Source: Gammaproteobacteria bacterium
GTDB taxonomy: Bacteria; Pseudomonadota; Gammaproteobacteria; JAJDOJ01
Reading direction: 5' to 3'
Assembly (NCBI GenBank): GCA_022340215.1
Contig: JAJDOJ010000202.1
Location: 1 to 52,934 of the forward strand
Length of the DNA: 52,934 nucleotides
Within the stretch, counting starts at the first letter, position 1. The number at the start of each line of letters is the position of its first letter. This document shows, piece after piece, positions 9,756 to 19,939 of the stretch. The notes below the pieces were generated by a model. It saw nothing but the letters and a program-made list of their open reading frames with translations. It had not been told where the DNA came from and did not search any database. A program made the position numbers and the translations under genes.

Positions 9756-11483
9756 TCACATCGGCTCCGATCGGTTCGCCACGAGTTCCGACCTCAGGAA
9801 CGGCAGCAGTTCCTCCAGTGGGATATCTCGTGGCTTCTCGTCCCGGCGCCCCTTGTATTCCGCTGTGTCTGAATCGAGTCCCCGTTCCCCCAGCACGACA
9901 CGGTGCGGGATTCCGATCAGTTCGAGGTCGGCGAACATGACGCCCGGGCGGATGTCGCGATCGTCGAACAGGGTATCGATACCGGCTGCGAGCAAATCCT
10001 CGTACAGGGACTCGGCCTTCTGGCGGGTTGGTTGCGAGCGGCCCATGTTGATCGGCGCCAGGGCGACCTGGAAAGGTGCGACGGGCGTGGGCCAGACGAT
10101 GCCGCGATCGTCGTGGTTCTGCTCGATCGCCGCGGCGACGATGCGCGTGACGCCGATGCCGTAGCAACCCATGATCATCTCGACGGCGCGTCCGCTCTCG
10201 TCCAGGGCAGTGGCATTCATGGCCTGGCTGTATTTCGAGCCGAGCTGGAAGATGTGTCCGACCTCGATGCCGCGGACGATGGACAGGGTTCCCCGTCCGT
10301 CCGGGCTCGGATCGCCGTCGACGACGTTGCGCAGATCGACGCTGTCGATATCGGGCAGATCGCGTCCCCAGTTGACGCCGGTCAGGTGCGCGCCATCCCG
10401 GTTGGCGCCGCAGACGAAATCCGCGAGTTGGGCCGCGGCATGGTCGACGAAGATCGGAATCTCCAGTCCGACCGGACCGATGGATCCGGGGCGGCACCCG
10501 CAGGCGGCCAGTACGGCGGTTTCGTCGGCGAGTTCGAGTGGCGCGGCAACGCCATCGAGTCTTTCGGCCTTGACGCGATTGAGTTCGTGATCTCCGCGAA
10601 GCACCAGGGCGACGAGCCTGTCCCCCTCTCCCCGAACGACGAGCGTCTTGACGCAACGCGATCCGGGGATCCCCAGAAACTCGCTGACCTCGGATATCGT
10701 GTGGGCACCGGGTGTGTCGACTTCCCGCAGCTCCTCGTCTGGTGCCGTACGATCACCCGCCGGTGGCGTGGCCGCGGCGAGTTCGACGTTGGCCGCATAA
10801 CCGCCTTCAGAAGAGAAGGCGATGGCATCCTCGCCGGAATCGGCCAGGACATGGAATTCATGCGACGTGTTGCCACCGATCGCACCGGTGTCGGCCTGTA
10901 CCGCCCGATACTCCAGACCGAGCCGGTCGAAGATGCAGCTATAGGTCGCGTACATCGCCTCGTAGGTCTCGGCGAGGGACGCCTGGTCCATATGAAAGGA
11001 ATAGGCGTCCTTCATGATGAATTCGCGGGCACGCATCACACCGAATCGTGGCCGCACCTCGTCACGGAACTTCGTCTGGATCTGGTAGAAGTTGACGGGC
11101 AACTGCTTGTAGCTGCGGATCTCGCGCCGGGCCAGGTCGGTGATGACCTCCTCGTGCGTGGGACCATAGCAGAAATCACGGCCGTGACGGTCGTGCAAAC
11201 GCAGCAGCTCGGGACCGTACATCTCCCAGCGCCTGGATTCCCGCCAAAGCTCGGAGGGCTGGACAGATGGCATCAGGATCTCGATGGCACCACTTCGGTT
11301 CATCTCCTCACGGATAATGTTCTCGACCTTGCGCAACACCCGTAGGCCGAGCGGAAGCCAGGTGTAGAGGCCGGAGGCCAGCTTGCGGATCATGCCGGCT
11401 CGCAGCATCAGCTTGTGACTGACGATCTCGGCGTCGGCCGGTATTTCCTTCACAGTGTAGAGAGGGAAAGTGGACGTTCGCAT
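9756..11483 (-). CDS. proS: Proline--tRNA ligase
   Basis: 575 aa from the ATG at 11483 ([34 protein letters not shown]…). It has class II aaRS motifs and an INS editing domain. The 61-codon upstream extension in the ORF track is unlikely to be translated. Confidence 0.95.
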   Translation of the reverse strand: MRTSTFPLYTVKEIPADAEIVSHKLMLRAGMIRKLASGLYTWLPLGLRVLRKVENIIREEMNRSGAIEILMPSVQPSELWRESRRWEMYGPELLRLHDRHGRDFCYGPTHEEVITDLARREIRSYKQLPVNFYQIQTKFRDEVRPRFGVMRAREFIMKDAYSFHMDQASLAETYEAMYATYSCIFDRLGLEYRAVQADTGAIGGNTSHEFHVLADSGEDAIAFSSEGGYAANVELAAATPPAGDRTAPDEELREVDTPGAHTISEVSEFLGIPGSRCVKTLVVRGEGDRLVALVLRGDHELNRVKAERLDGVAAPLELADETAVLAACGCRPGSIGPVGLEIPIFVDHAAAQLADFVCGANRDGAHLTGVNWGRDLPDIDSVDLRNVVDGDPSPDGRGTLSIVRGIEVGHIFQLGSKYSQAMNATALDESGRAVEMIMGCYGIGVTRIVAAAIEQNHDDRGIVWPTPVAPFQVALAPINMGRSQPTRQKAESLYEDLLAAGIDTLFDDRDIRPGVMFADLELIGIPHRVVLGERGLDSDTAEYKGRRDEKPRDIPLEELLPFLRSELVANRSEPM

Positions 11484-11586
11484 GGGTGTTAACGGTTTCC
11501 GTGTCGCGTCGCCTGCGGACGGGTGATCGTTCGGGCCTCCGTGTCGCGGACGGAACCCGTGTGTCGGGTCGCGGCCTCCGGCGATC

Positions 11587-11931
11587 TCAGAAGGTACGGC
11601 CGTCGTAGCCCCACATCCTGCGAGGGGCGTCCACGAATTCGATGTAGATCCGTGTCCGGGGGACATTGAGACGCTGCTCGATCAACTCGCACAGGGCCGC
11701 CGACAACCCGGCGGTCGCCTCCTCGGGCAGCCCGATGCTGGCCAGCCGCAGCAGTGCCAGCGGTTCCGCGTTCCCGGCAAAGATCATGTTCGGGTTGTGA
11801 GAGGTGCGGACCATCACATAGCGTTCGGATTTTCCCAGTTGCTCCGAGGTCAGGCGCGAGGCCGCTTCGAGGAGCCCCGGGATGGCCTTCTCGTCGATCT
11901 GATGGTTGGTCTCTATGCTCAACAGGGGCAT
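11587..11931 (-). CDS. MIF/phenylpyruvate tautomerase family protein
   Basis: 114 aa with an N-terminal Met-Pro (MPLLSIETN…), the catalytic Pro-1 arrangement of the MIF/tautomerase superfamily. Size and pattern fit the family. Confidence 0.7.
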   Translation of the reverse strand: MPLLSIETNHQIDEKAIPGLLEAASRLTSEQLGKSERYVMVRTSHNPNMIFAGNAEPLALLRLASIGLPEEATAGLSAALCELIEQRLNVPRTRIYIEFVDAPRRMWGYDGRTF

Positions 11932-12036
11932 GGTTCGGATCTCGTCTCTGAGTTGGGTACGATCAGCGTGGTGGAGTCACCTGTCGCGGAACCGGACCGC
12001 GCCGTGGTGAACGCGAACGACGGGACGGCCGCTGGA

Positions 12037-12582
12037 TCAGTCGCAATACCTGGCGACGTTCTCCTCGGCCGCGCGGATGAGTTCCTGTCGCTCTTCCTCG
12101 GGCAGGGTCCTGTATTCGTCGCCTTCCTTGAACTTGACCCGGCCGCGGCTGGTGAGCTGGGTCAGCGATTGCCGGGAGCGCTCGCAATTCTGTTGCCGGG
12201 TTTCCGCTTCGTGCTGTTCGCGCGCCGCGCTCGCGTCCGATTCCATCCTTTCCAGGCGGCGATCCTGGAAAGCCCCCATCTCTTGCTGCAGCTGGGGATC
12301 CGGTTGTCCCGCGGTTGGCGGCGGCTTTTCCGGTGTGATTTCCACCGATTCGGTATCGGGGGGCGGGGTCTGGGTGTAGTGAATCTGGCCTGATGCGTCC
12401 CGCCACTTGTACATCGTCGCCGAGACCGCCAGGGGAGTCAGCAGGCATGCCAAGGCAAAAAATGTAGCGATCCGGTTCAATTCGAGTCCCGCATGATGGA
12501 GCAAGTGTCGCGAAACTATACAAGAATCCCGGGCCCGATACATCGATCTGTTGAAGGCGCGGAACGGGATCCGGGCCCACAT
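12037..12582 (-). CDS. DUF4124 domain-containing protein (secreted)
   Basis: A signal-like segment (NRIATFFALACLLTPLAVSA) is followed by MYKWRDASGQIHYTQTPPP, the DUF4124 signature. The true start is probably internal (TTG 12480 or ATG 12543). Confidence 0.65.
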   Translation of the reverse strand: MWARIPFRAFNRSMYRARDSCIVSRHLLHHAGLELNRIATFFALACLLTPLAVSATMYKWRDASGQIHYTQTPPPDTESVEITPEKPPPTAGQPDPQLQQEMGAFQDRRLERMESDASAAREQHEAETRQQNCERSRQSLTQLTSRGRVKFKEGDEYRTLPEEERQELIRAAEENVARYCD

Positions 12583-12657
12583 CGAGATGGCGCGAGGTTA
12601 TATTCAACGGTGATATAATGCTTTTATCTATCCCTACGTGGTCTTTATGAGGAATCC

Positions 12658-13593
12658 ATGGCCGACCGACGATTGCAGGTCTTCTACACGGTAGCCCGCC
12701 TGTTGAGCTTCACCAAGGCGGCGGAGACGCTGCACATGACCCAGCCGGCGGTTACCTTTCAGGTAAGGCAGCTCGAGGATCACTTCAATACACGTCTGTT
12801 CGACCGCACCCACAATCGCGTTTCGCTGACCGAGGCCGGTCGACAGGCTTGCGAGTACGCGGAGAAGATCTTCGAGCTCTACGGGGAAATGGAGAGTGCG
12901 GTGAAGGAACTTACCGGGGACGTCAGCGGGGCGCTGACCCTGGGGGCGAGCACCACCATTGCCGAGTACATGCTGCCCGCACTCTTGAGGGACTTCAAGG
13001 AACAGTATCCGAAACTCAATCTCATCCTCAAGGTGTCCAATTCAGATGGCATCGTCTCCATGGTCGAGAACAGCATGATCGATCTCGGCGTCGTGGAGTC
13101 GCCGGTCACGAACAAGAATCTCCTGGTCGATGTCTGCCGCGTCGACCATCTCGTCGTGGTCGTCAAGCCCGGGCATCCATTGAGCGAGCACCAGTCGCTG
13201 ACCATGGCGGAATTGCTGAAGTATCCGTTCATCTGCAGGGAGGAGGGGTCCGGCACACGGGACGTCATCATGGAGTACCTGGAACAGTCCGGCGTAAAAC
13301 GCAACGAACTCATGGTCTGTATGGAACTGGGAAGTCCCGAATCCATCAAGGGAGCGGTCGAGGCGGGAATGGGAATCTCGATCCTGTCACGCGCGACCCT
13401 CGCCAAGGAACTCGCACTCGGGTCGCTGATGGCCCTGGATCTGGATCCGCCGCTCGAACGGGAGTTCTCGTTCGTACGCCAGAGGCAGAAGTTCAGGCAT
13501 CAGGCCATGGAAGCGCTGCTGAATCACGCGCGCCAGTACTGTCAGCGCGATACGGACGCCGAAACACCGGAACGGTCTGTCTCCCGGGGATAG
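12658..13593 (+). CDS. LysR family transcriptional regulator
   Basis: N-terminal wHTH (FTKAAETLHMTQPAVTFQVRQLE) plus a LysR substrate-binding domain; 311 aa. An extended -10 element, TGATATAAT, lies about 35 nt upstream. Confidence 0.9.
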   Translation: MADRRLQVFYTVARLLSFTKAAETLHMTQPAVTFQVRQLEDHFNTRLFDRTHNRVSLTEAGRQACEYAEKIFELYGEMESAVKELTGDVSGALTLGASTTIAEYMLPALLRDFKEQYPKLNLILKVSNSDGIVSMVENSMIDLGVVESPVTNKNLLVDVCRVDHLVVVVKPGHPLSEHQSLTMAELLKYPFICREEGSGTRDVIMEYLEQSGVKRNELMVCMELGSPESIKGAVEAGMGISILSRATLAKELALGSLMALDLDPPLEREFSFVRQRQKFRHQAMEALLNHARQYCQRDTDAETPERSVSRG

Positions 13594-13745
13594 GCCACAG
13601 GATGCAGGTGCTAACCTGCCAGTCCCCCGCCGGGGTGTCGTTGAGGCTGCGCCGGAATGACACCTGCCCAGGGCCCCGCGCCTTCTAGTAGAATCGGCCA
13701 GTAGTCGGAAGTTCTCATCCGGAGAACGCTTTCAGGTCACCCCAG

Positions 13746-14150
13746 ATGCTTGGAAATATGCAGCCCATGGACGGTCCCCTCATTCGGGACGGTGAAACCC
13801 GTAAGCTCGTGAGGATGTTCGGCGGGCTCTCATGCGGGGACCGCGAGACGGTGATCGCATTCGTCGAGTTTCTTCAACAGCGAGCCGCCAATGGGGCGTC
13901 GGAGGCCGGCGGCGACTCGACTCCGAACGAACCGCTCGACATTGCCAGGCCGGCAACGGAGTCCGTGGTGAAGGCGATCAAACGGCTGACCGCCACCTAT
14001 CCGATGGTCGACAAGTCGTCGATGCTGAACGAGACATCCACGCTGATGACACAGCACCTCGTACAGGGTCGCTCCGCCCCGGCAGTGATCGATGACCTCG
14101 AGACACTGTTTCGCCGTTACTTCAATGCGTGGAAGGAGCGGCGAGGGTGA
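13746..14150 (+). CDS. Hypothetical protein (134 aa)
   Basis: The ORF has genome-typical codon usage. Its stop overlaps the GTG start of the downstream transporter (GTGA at 14147-14150). No family was recognised. Confidence 0.5.
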   Translation: MLGNMQPMDGPLIRDGETRKLVRMFGGLSCGDRETVIAFVEFLQQRAANGASEAGGDSTPNEPLDIARPATESVVKAIKRLTATYPMVDKSSMLNETSTLMTQHLVQGRSAPAVIDDLETLFRRYFNAWKERRG

Positions 14151-15286
14151 TCGATCTCCTCAAAAACTGGTACAAGCGGCACTTCTCGGATCCGCAGGTA
14201 GCCATCCTCGCGTTCATCATCCTGTGCGGGCTCGCCGTCATCGTGCTGGCGGGCGACATCCTCGCGCCACTGCTGTTCGCTATCGTCATTGCCTACGTCC
14301 TCGACGGCGCTATCGACCAGTTCGTGCGTCTGAAGGTGCCACGTTTTGTCGCGCTCAGTGTGGTGTTCGCCCTGTTTCTCACCTTCCTCGTTTCACTGAT
14401 TTTTGGTCTCCTGCCAATGTTGCTCAGGCAGAGCGCCCAGTTCTTCAGGGAGGTCCCGAACATGATCTCCCAGGGGCAGGCACTGTTGATGGAACTGCCC
14501 GAAAGCTACCCGAAGGTGATCTCGCAGGACCAGGTCGTCAATCTGATCGGCGCGTTGCGGAATGAGATGTCGGAGGCGGGCCAGTACGTGTTGTCGACCT
14601 CGATCTCGTCCGTCATCGGCCTGATCACGCTGATGGTGTATCTGATCCTGGTCCCGCTGCTGGTATTCTTTTTCCTGAAGGACAAGCAGAAGATCCTCGA
14701 CTGGGCGGGCGGATTTCTGCCCGAGGAGCGCGGGTTGTCCGTCGCTGTCTGGGGCGAGGTCAACCGCAAGATCGCCAGTTACATCCGAGGCAAGATCGGC
14801 GAGATCGTCATCATCTGGGGCGTGTCTTATGTGACCTTTATGGTCCTCGGTCTAGACTTCGCGATGCTGCTGTCCTTCCTGGTCGGGATTTCCGTCGTCG
14901 TGCCGTATGTCGGCGCGGCTGTGGTGACGCTTCCCGTCGCTGTCGTGGCCTACTACCAGTGGGGGTTTACCTCGGATTTCGGTTATACCCTGGTTGCCTA
15001 CGGCGTGATTCAGTTCATCGACGGGAATCTCCTGGTCCCCATCCTGTTCTCGGAAGTGGTTAATCTTCACCCCGTCGCGATCATCACGGCGGTGCTGGTG
15101 TTCGGCGGGATCTGGGGATTCTGGGGGGTGTTTTTCGCGATTCCGCTGGCCACCCTGATTCACGCGGTGATCAACGTCTGGCCCGACCGAGCCAAGGAGA
15201 ACGCATCACCGCAGGTCGCTGAGGTTTCCAACCGGGTCTCCGCGGGTCCGGGCAGCGGGCAGACCGACAGAAAGACTGGCAGCTGA
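14147..15286 (+). CDS. AI-2E family transporter (PerM/UPF0118)
   Basis: About 379 aa and polytopic, with 7-8 TM segments. A family-typical C-terminal block is present (…VNLHPVAIITAVLVFGGIWGFWGVFFAIPLA…). The GTG at 14147 is preceded by GGAAGGAG with an 8-nt spacer. Confidence 0.85.
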   Translation: MIDLLKNWYKRHFSDPQVAILAFIILCGLAVIVLAGDILAPLLFAIVIAYVLDGAIDQFVRLKVPRFVALSVVFALFLTFLVSLIFGLLPMLLRQSAQFFREVPNMISQGQALLMELPESYPKVISQDQVVNLIGALRNEMSEAGQYVLSTSISSVIGLITLMVYLILVPLLVFFFLKDKQKILDWAGGFLPEERGLSVAVWGEVNRKIASYIRGKIGEIVIIWGVSYVTFMVLGLDFAMLLSFLVGISVVVPYVGAAVVTLPVAVVAYYQWGFTSDFGYTLVAYGVIQFIDGNLLVPILFSEVVNLHPVAIITAVLVFGGIWGFWGVFFAIPLATLIHAVINVWPDRAKENASPQVAEVSNRVSAGPGSGQTDRKTGS

Positions 15287-15304
15287 TCTGGACGGCTACG
15301 CTCT

Positions 15305-15359
15305 TAGGCGATTGCCGGAAAATGGCATACCAGATCGCGCCGGATATTCGTTCGTCATC
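15305..15359 (-). repeat. Half copy (right arm) of the palindromic MITE-like repeat
   Basis: TA-GGCGATTGCCGGAAAATGGCATACCAGATCGCGCCGGATATTCGTTCGTCATC is the reverse complement of the right arm of the elements at 24174 and 52081. Similarity stops after about 55 nt. Confidence 0.6.
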
Positions 15360-15507
15360 CGCCAGAAGCAGCGACGGCGCGGTGTTCGCCGACAGGGGAA
15401 ACACAACTCCCGTGACCAGGAGCAGGGACAGGATCAATAGTCCCGAGTGGTTCATTGAACCCGTGTGTCGGTTTGGCTACCGAGCCAGGCGACGGGCAGA
15501 GGCCGCC

Positions 15508-16914
15508 TCAGAGCGCCTCCGTGGCGAAGTCCGCCAGGCGCGATCGCTCACCGCGCAGCAGCGTGATATGTCCCGCGTGCGGCCATTCTTTGAAGTGGTC
15601 GACGACGTAGGTCAGACCTGAGGTTGTCTCCGTCAGGTAGGGGGTATCGATCTGGGCGATATTGCCGATACATACGAGTTTGGTTCCCGGGCCGGAGCGG
15701 GTGATCAGGGTCTTCATCTGTTTGGGCGTGAGGTTCTGCGCCTCGTCGAGGATGATGTATCGATTCAGAAAGGTGCGGCCACGCATGAAATTGACGGAGC
15801 GGATCTTGACCTTGCTCATCACGATATCGTTGGTGGCGGCCCGTCCCCACTCGCCGCCCTCGCCGTTCTGGGTCAATACCTCGAGATTGTCCATCAGGGC
15901 GCCCATCCACGGGGTCATCTTCTCCTCCTCCGTCCCGGGGAGAAAGCCGATGTCTTCGCCCACGGGTATGGTGATGCGCGTCATGATGATCTCACGGTAT
16001 CTCGGCTCGTCCAGCGTCTGTGCCAGGCCCGCCGCGAGCGCCAGGAGGGTCTTGCCGCTGCCGGCGACGCCAACCAGGGTGACAAAGTCGATCTCGGGGT
16101 CGAGCAGCAGATTCAGTGCGAAGTTCTGTTCCGGGTTCAGAGCGGTCACCCCCCAGACACTACGCCGGGATTCGCTGTAATCATTGGCATATTCGATCAC
16201 GGCGTGGTCGGTTGCGACCTCGCGTACGATCGCCCTGAAGGGCTCCGGTCCATCGAGGCTGAGGCAGAGGTTCGGGGTCCAGCTGGACGCCAGCGGTCCC
16301 TTGATTCGGTAGTAGGTATGGCCCTCCTCTTTCCAGGAGACCATCTCCTTGCCGTGCGTCTCCCAGAAATCCCCGGGCAGGTCAGCGGTGCCACTGTACA
16401 GCAGGTCCACGTCCTCCAGGACCTGGTCGTTATAGTAGTCCTCGGCGTGAATCCCCAGTGCCGCGGCCTTGATCCGCAGGTTAATGTCCTTCGACACCAG
16501 GGTCACCCGCGTGTCTGGAGAGTCACCGCTGAGCGCCAGCGCGATACCCAGTATGGCGTTGTCGGGTGTCGTTCCCGACAGGCTGTCCGGCAATTCCGCG
16601 GGTTGTTCGAGGGTCTGCAGAAAGAGTCTGCCGCTGGCTTCGCTCGAGATCTCGCCCATCTCACTGAGCGGCAGGCCCTGCATGATTTCCTGACGGTCCC
16701 GTCCAGCGATCAACTGATCGATGATCCTGCTGGCCTGCCGCACGTTGCGCGCAACCTCCGATACCCCCTTCTTGGCCTTGTCGAGTTCCTCCAGCACGAC
16801 CATCGGCACATAGATATCGTGTCGCTTGAACCGGTAGAGCGCCATCGGGTCGTGCATCAGGACGTTCGTGTCGATCACGAAGAGGCGGTTTTCAGTCGTC
16901 TTGTCTTCAGGCAT
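15508..16914 (-). CDS. PhoH family ATPase with N-terminal PIN domain (YlaK-like)
   Basis: N-terminal PIN (FVIDTNVLMHDP…EELD) and C-terminal PhoH P-loop (GVAGSGKTLLALAAGL); 468 aa. Confidence 0.9.
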   Translation of the reverse strand: MPEDKTTENRLFVIDTNVLMHDPMALYRFKRHDIYVPMVVLEELDKAKKGVSEVARNVRQASRIIDQLIAGRDRQEIMQGLPLSEMGEISSEASGRLFLQTLEQPAELPDSLSGTTPDNAILGIALALSGDSPDTRVTLVSKDINLRIKAAALGIHAEDYYNDQVLEDVDLLYSGTADLPGDFWETHGKEMVSWKEEGHTYYRIKGPLASSWTPNLCLSLDGPEPFRAIVREVATDHAVIEYANDYSESRRSVWGVTALNPEQNFALNLLLDPEIDFVTLVGVAGSGKTLLALAAGLAQTLDEPRYREIIMTRITIPVGEDIGFLPGTEEEKMTPWMGALMDNLEVLTQNGEGGEWGRAATNDIVMSKVKIRSVNFMRGRTFLNRYIILDEAQNLTPKQMKTLITRSGPGTKLVCIGNIAQIDTPYLTETTSGLTYVVDHFKEWPHAGHITLLRGERSRLADFATEAL

Positions 16915-17161
16915 GTCGTCTCACGGGAGGATTTGGAGCAGAGGTGCGGGCGGAAGGGGACGAAACGGATTCGGGTTCCTGCAGCACCTTGCCGGCCTTT
17001 ATTCTCGAGCCGCGACGTTTGAAGGACCTGACGGAGCGTCACTCATGCCAGGCCGGGAGACAACCCCGATAACCGAATGTCATGGCCGCACGAGTCGATG
17101 TCCGTCGATGCGCCTTAGTTTGCCGGCCCGTCGGGCGCGAGCGAACGGCCTCGCGCATGGA

Positions 17162-17695
17162 TTACGGAACCTTGATCGGTTCCAGTACGCCGTCCAGGTT
17201 CATTTCGTCGCAAAGGTCCATGAATTCCTCCCGTAATTGAGCGATGTGCAGTGAGGAGGGCACCTCGACCGTCATTCGGATCGTCAGCATGGGGGTGGCG
17301 GTGTGGGCCGCATGGTAGGTGCTGGTCACCATGTCCTGGATATTGATACCGCGGGTCGCCAGGAATGCGGCGACCTGGTTGACGATGCCCGGGTGGTCGA
17401 GTGTGACCACGTCGAGGGTGTACGGCATCAACCGGTCTTCGGACTTGCGCTGTTCGGTATTCCTGGAGGCGATGGTCAGGTTGAGCGGCCCCTGGAGCGC
17501 AGCAAGCGCGTTCTCCAGTTTCGCCAGGTTGTTCCACTGGCCGGATACGAGCTGGATCAGTGCGAACGATCCGCCGAGTACGGACATCCTGCTGTCTTCT
17601 ATGTTGCAGCGGTGCGCGGTAACCGTGGCCGATAGCCTCTCCACGGTCCCCGCGCGATCCTCGCCGATTGCCGAAATGACCAGATAGTTCGCCAT
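17162..17695 (-). CDS. gcvR: Glycine cleavage system transcriptional repressor (tandem ACT domains)
   Basis: 177 aa with two ACT-like repeats (LVISAIGEDRAGTV… and …LDVVTLDHPGIV…). It is divergent from dapA, as in other gammaproteobacteria. Confidence 0.8.
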   Translation of the reverse strand: MANYLVISAIGEDRAGTVERLSATVTAHRCNIEDSRMSVLGGSFALIQLVSGQWNNLAKLENALAALQGPLNLTIASRNTEQRKSEDRLMPYTLDVVTLDHPGIVNQVAAFLATRGINIQDMVTSTYHAAHTATPMLTIRMTVEVPSSLHIAQLREEFMDLCDEMNLDGVLEPIKVP

Positions 17696-17869
17696 GCCCG
17701 ATTCCGATGCGCCACAGGTATCGCAAGGTTACCAGTATTCAGGGTGTCCATAAACGGAAACCCGAGCTTTCCGTAGCGTCGGGGATTGCTGTCCGGCGAC
17801 CACCTCCCGGTTGCTTGTCAAGCCATACGCCCAACAGTACCATGACATGAATTTTTTTCGGAGAGGCCA

Positions 17870-18751
17870 ATGTTTCACGGCAGCATCGTCGCCCTGGTGA
17901 CACCCATGTCAGGGGACGGCGCGATCGATAACAGGGCGCTTGATGAGCTGATCGAGTTTCATGTCGCGAACGGCACTGACGGCATCGTCCCCGTCGGGAC
18001 CACCGGTGAGTCCGCTACGCTGGACCACGACGAGCACTGCAACGTCATCCGGCGAGTCGTCGACCGGGTCGCCGGCCGGATCCCTGTCATCGCGGGAACG
18101 GGCGCGAACGCGACCACCGAGGCGATCGCACTGACCCAGTGCGCGATGGAGGCCGGTGCAGATGCCTGCCTTTTGGTCACCCCCTACTACAATAAGCCTA
18201 CCCAGGAAGGACTGTACCTGCACTTCAAGGCCGTGGCGGACGCGGTTCCCATTCCGCAGATCCTCTACAACGTACCGGGCAGGACGGCCTGCGACATGGT
18301 TCCCGAGACCGTCGAGCGCCTGTGCGAGTTGTCCAACATCGTCGGTATCAAGGAAGCAACGGGGGATCCCGCCAGGGCAAGGGAGATCGCCGATCGATGC
18401 GGCGACAGGCTCGACGTGTTCAGCGGTGATGACGCCATCGCGCGCGAGATAATTCTGGACGGTGGCAAGGGTGTTATTTCCGTGACCGCCAATGTGGCAC
18501 CGGACGCGATGCACGCGATGTGCGAAGCCGCGATCCAGGGGGATTCGGAACGGGCGCTGGCGCTGGACGAACCGTTGTCCGGACTCCACCGCGATCTGTT
18601 CCTGGAGGCGAATCCGATTCCGGTGAAATGGGCGCTGGCCGAGATGGGCCTCATCCCGCGGGGTATCCGTCTGCCGCTGACACCGTTTTCCGAGGCGTTC
18701 CACCCGCGTCTCGTGGAGTCCATGCGCCGGGCCGGCGTGCTGGTTGCGTGA
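17870..18751 (+). CDS. dapA: 4-hydroxy-tetrahydrodipicolinate synthase
   Basis: 293 aa with MFHGSIVALVTPM…, GTTGESATL and YNVPGRT motifs. Confidence 0.95.
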   Translation: MFHGSIVALVTPMSGDGAIDNRALDELIEFHVANGTDGIVPVGTTGESATLDHDEHCNVIRRVVDRVAGRIPVIAGTGANATTEAIALTQCAMEAGADACLLVTPYYNKPTQEGLYLHFKAVADAVPIPQILYNVPGRTACDMVPETVERLCELSNIVGIKEATGDPARAREIADRCGDRLDVFSGDDAIAREIILDGGKGVISVTANVAPDAMHAMCEAAIQGDSERALALDEPLSGLHRDLFLEANPIPVKWALAEMGLIPRGIRLPLTPFSEAFHPRLVESMRRAGVLVA

Positions 18752-18756
18752 CACCC

Positions 18757-19926
18757 ATGGATCAGGAAAAAAAATTGCCGTCCTACCTGTGCCGGATTTT
18801 GGTTTTTGGTGTGTGCCTATCGGTTGCCGCCTGCTCGTTCTTCGACAGGCGCTCCAACAAGGAATACGTGGACAGCCGGTCGGTCGCGAAGCTCGAGATT
18901 CCTCCGGACCTCACCCAGCCGAGCTGGAGCGAGCGAATGAACGTCCCCGGTGAAGAAACCGTCCGCGCCAGCGCGAGAAAGCAAAGCGCAGCGACCGCCG
19001 CGACGGGCGGTGCGGCGGGTGCCGGGGTCGCGGGCGCCATGCAGGCCGGCAGTGACGTGATCCCCGATTTTCAGAATATATCAGTGGGGCGGGACGGCAA
19101 TACCCGATGGCTGGAGGTGCAGGCGCCGGCAGATGACATCTGGCCGCAGCTGGTGGATTTCTGGAGGGAGCAGGGAATCGATCTGGAGCGCAACGAACCA
19201 GTCCTGGGGGTAATGCAGACCGAGTGGGTGGCCGAGCGGCAGAGTTTGCCCGGGTTCGGTATCCAGGGTGTGCTGTCGAGCGTGACCGGAGTGCTGGCGG
19301 GTAGTGTTGGCGTGCGCGAGCGTTTTCGGACTCGCGTCGAGCGGCGGGGTGACTCGACGACCGATATCTACATCACTTCCGAGCGTGCCGAATTGACCGC
19401 CGATTCGATGGACGACGACCGGACACCGGAGTGGGGAATGGTCCCGCCTGACCAGGGCGCCGATGTCGAGATGCTGACCCGCCTGATGGTATTTCTCGGC
19501 ACCAACGAGGAACGTGCGCACGAAGCGGTCGCCACGGCCACCGGCGCGGGGGTATCCATCGGGATCGTGAACGAGGGAGACACTCCGGTGTTGGTCGTCG
19601 ACGACAAGTTCGACAGTGTATGGCGCTTGACCGGGGTTGCGCTCGACCGGGCGGGTCTCTACGTGGAGCAGCAGGACCGTGCGGCCGGCACCTATTATTT
19701 CACCTATACCGAGGATCTGAGAGAGAAACGCAGCTTCTGGCAAAAACTGACCGGTGGCGACGCGGGCCTGAAGATGGACGAACTGTATGAGGTGCGCCTG
19801 ACGCAGAGCGGGGATGAGGTCCGCATCACCGCTCATGACAGTGGTGACGACGCCAGGCCCCTGGAACCGGAAGGGGCCGAGAAAATCCTCGAGCGCCTGA
19901 TGGCGTCCTACAGGGTTAGCAGCTAG
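18757..19926 (+). CDS. bamC: Outer membrane protein assembly factor BamC (NlpB lipoprotein)
   Basis: The ATG at 18757 gives MDQEKKLPSYLCRILVFGVCLSVAAC with a lipobox. It lies immediately downstream of dapA, the classical dapA-nlpB arrangement. The longer ORF from 18520 overlaps dapA and is rejected. Confidence 0.8.
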   Translation: MDQEKKLPSYLCRILVFGVCLSVAACSFFDRRSNKEYVDSRSVAKLEIPPDLTQPSWSERMNVPGEETVRASARKQSAATAATGGAAGAGVAGAMQAGSDVIPDFQNISVGRDGNTRWLEVQAPADDIWPQLVDFWREQGIDLERNEPVLGVMQTEWVAERQSLPGFGIQGVLSSVTGVLAGSVGVRERFRTRVERRGDSTTDIYITSERAELTADSMDDDRTPEWGMVPPDQGADVEMLTRLMVFLGTNEERAHEAVATATGAGVSIGIVNEGDTPVLVVDDKFDSVWRLTGVALDRAGLYVEQQDRAAGTYYFTYTEDLREKRSFWQKLTGGDAGLKMDELYEVRLTQSGDEVRITAHDSGDDARPLEPEGAEKILERLMASYRVSS

Positions 19927-19939
19927 GTAAACCCAGGGC

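Noticed and set aside
18520-18756. N-terminal extensions of track ORFs that overlap upstream genes: bamC from 18520, sdhC from 34216, sdhA from 34989, proS to 11666, dxs to 22945 and the NUDIX gene from 48484.
   Set aside because: Internal starts give canonical N-termini (lipobox, MRTSTFPLY…, MNDEYPLL…, ATGA/GTGA coupling). The extensions have atypical composition and overlap neighbouring coding sequence.
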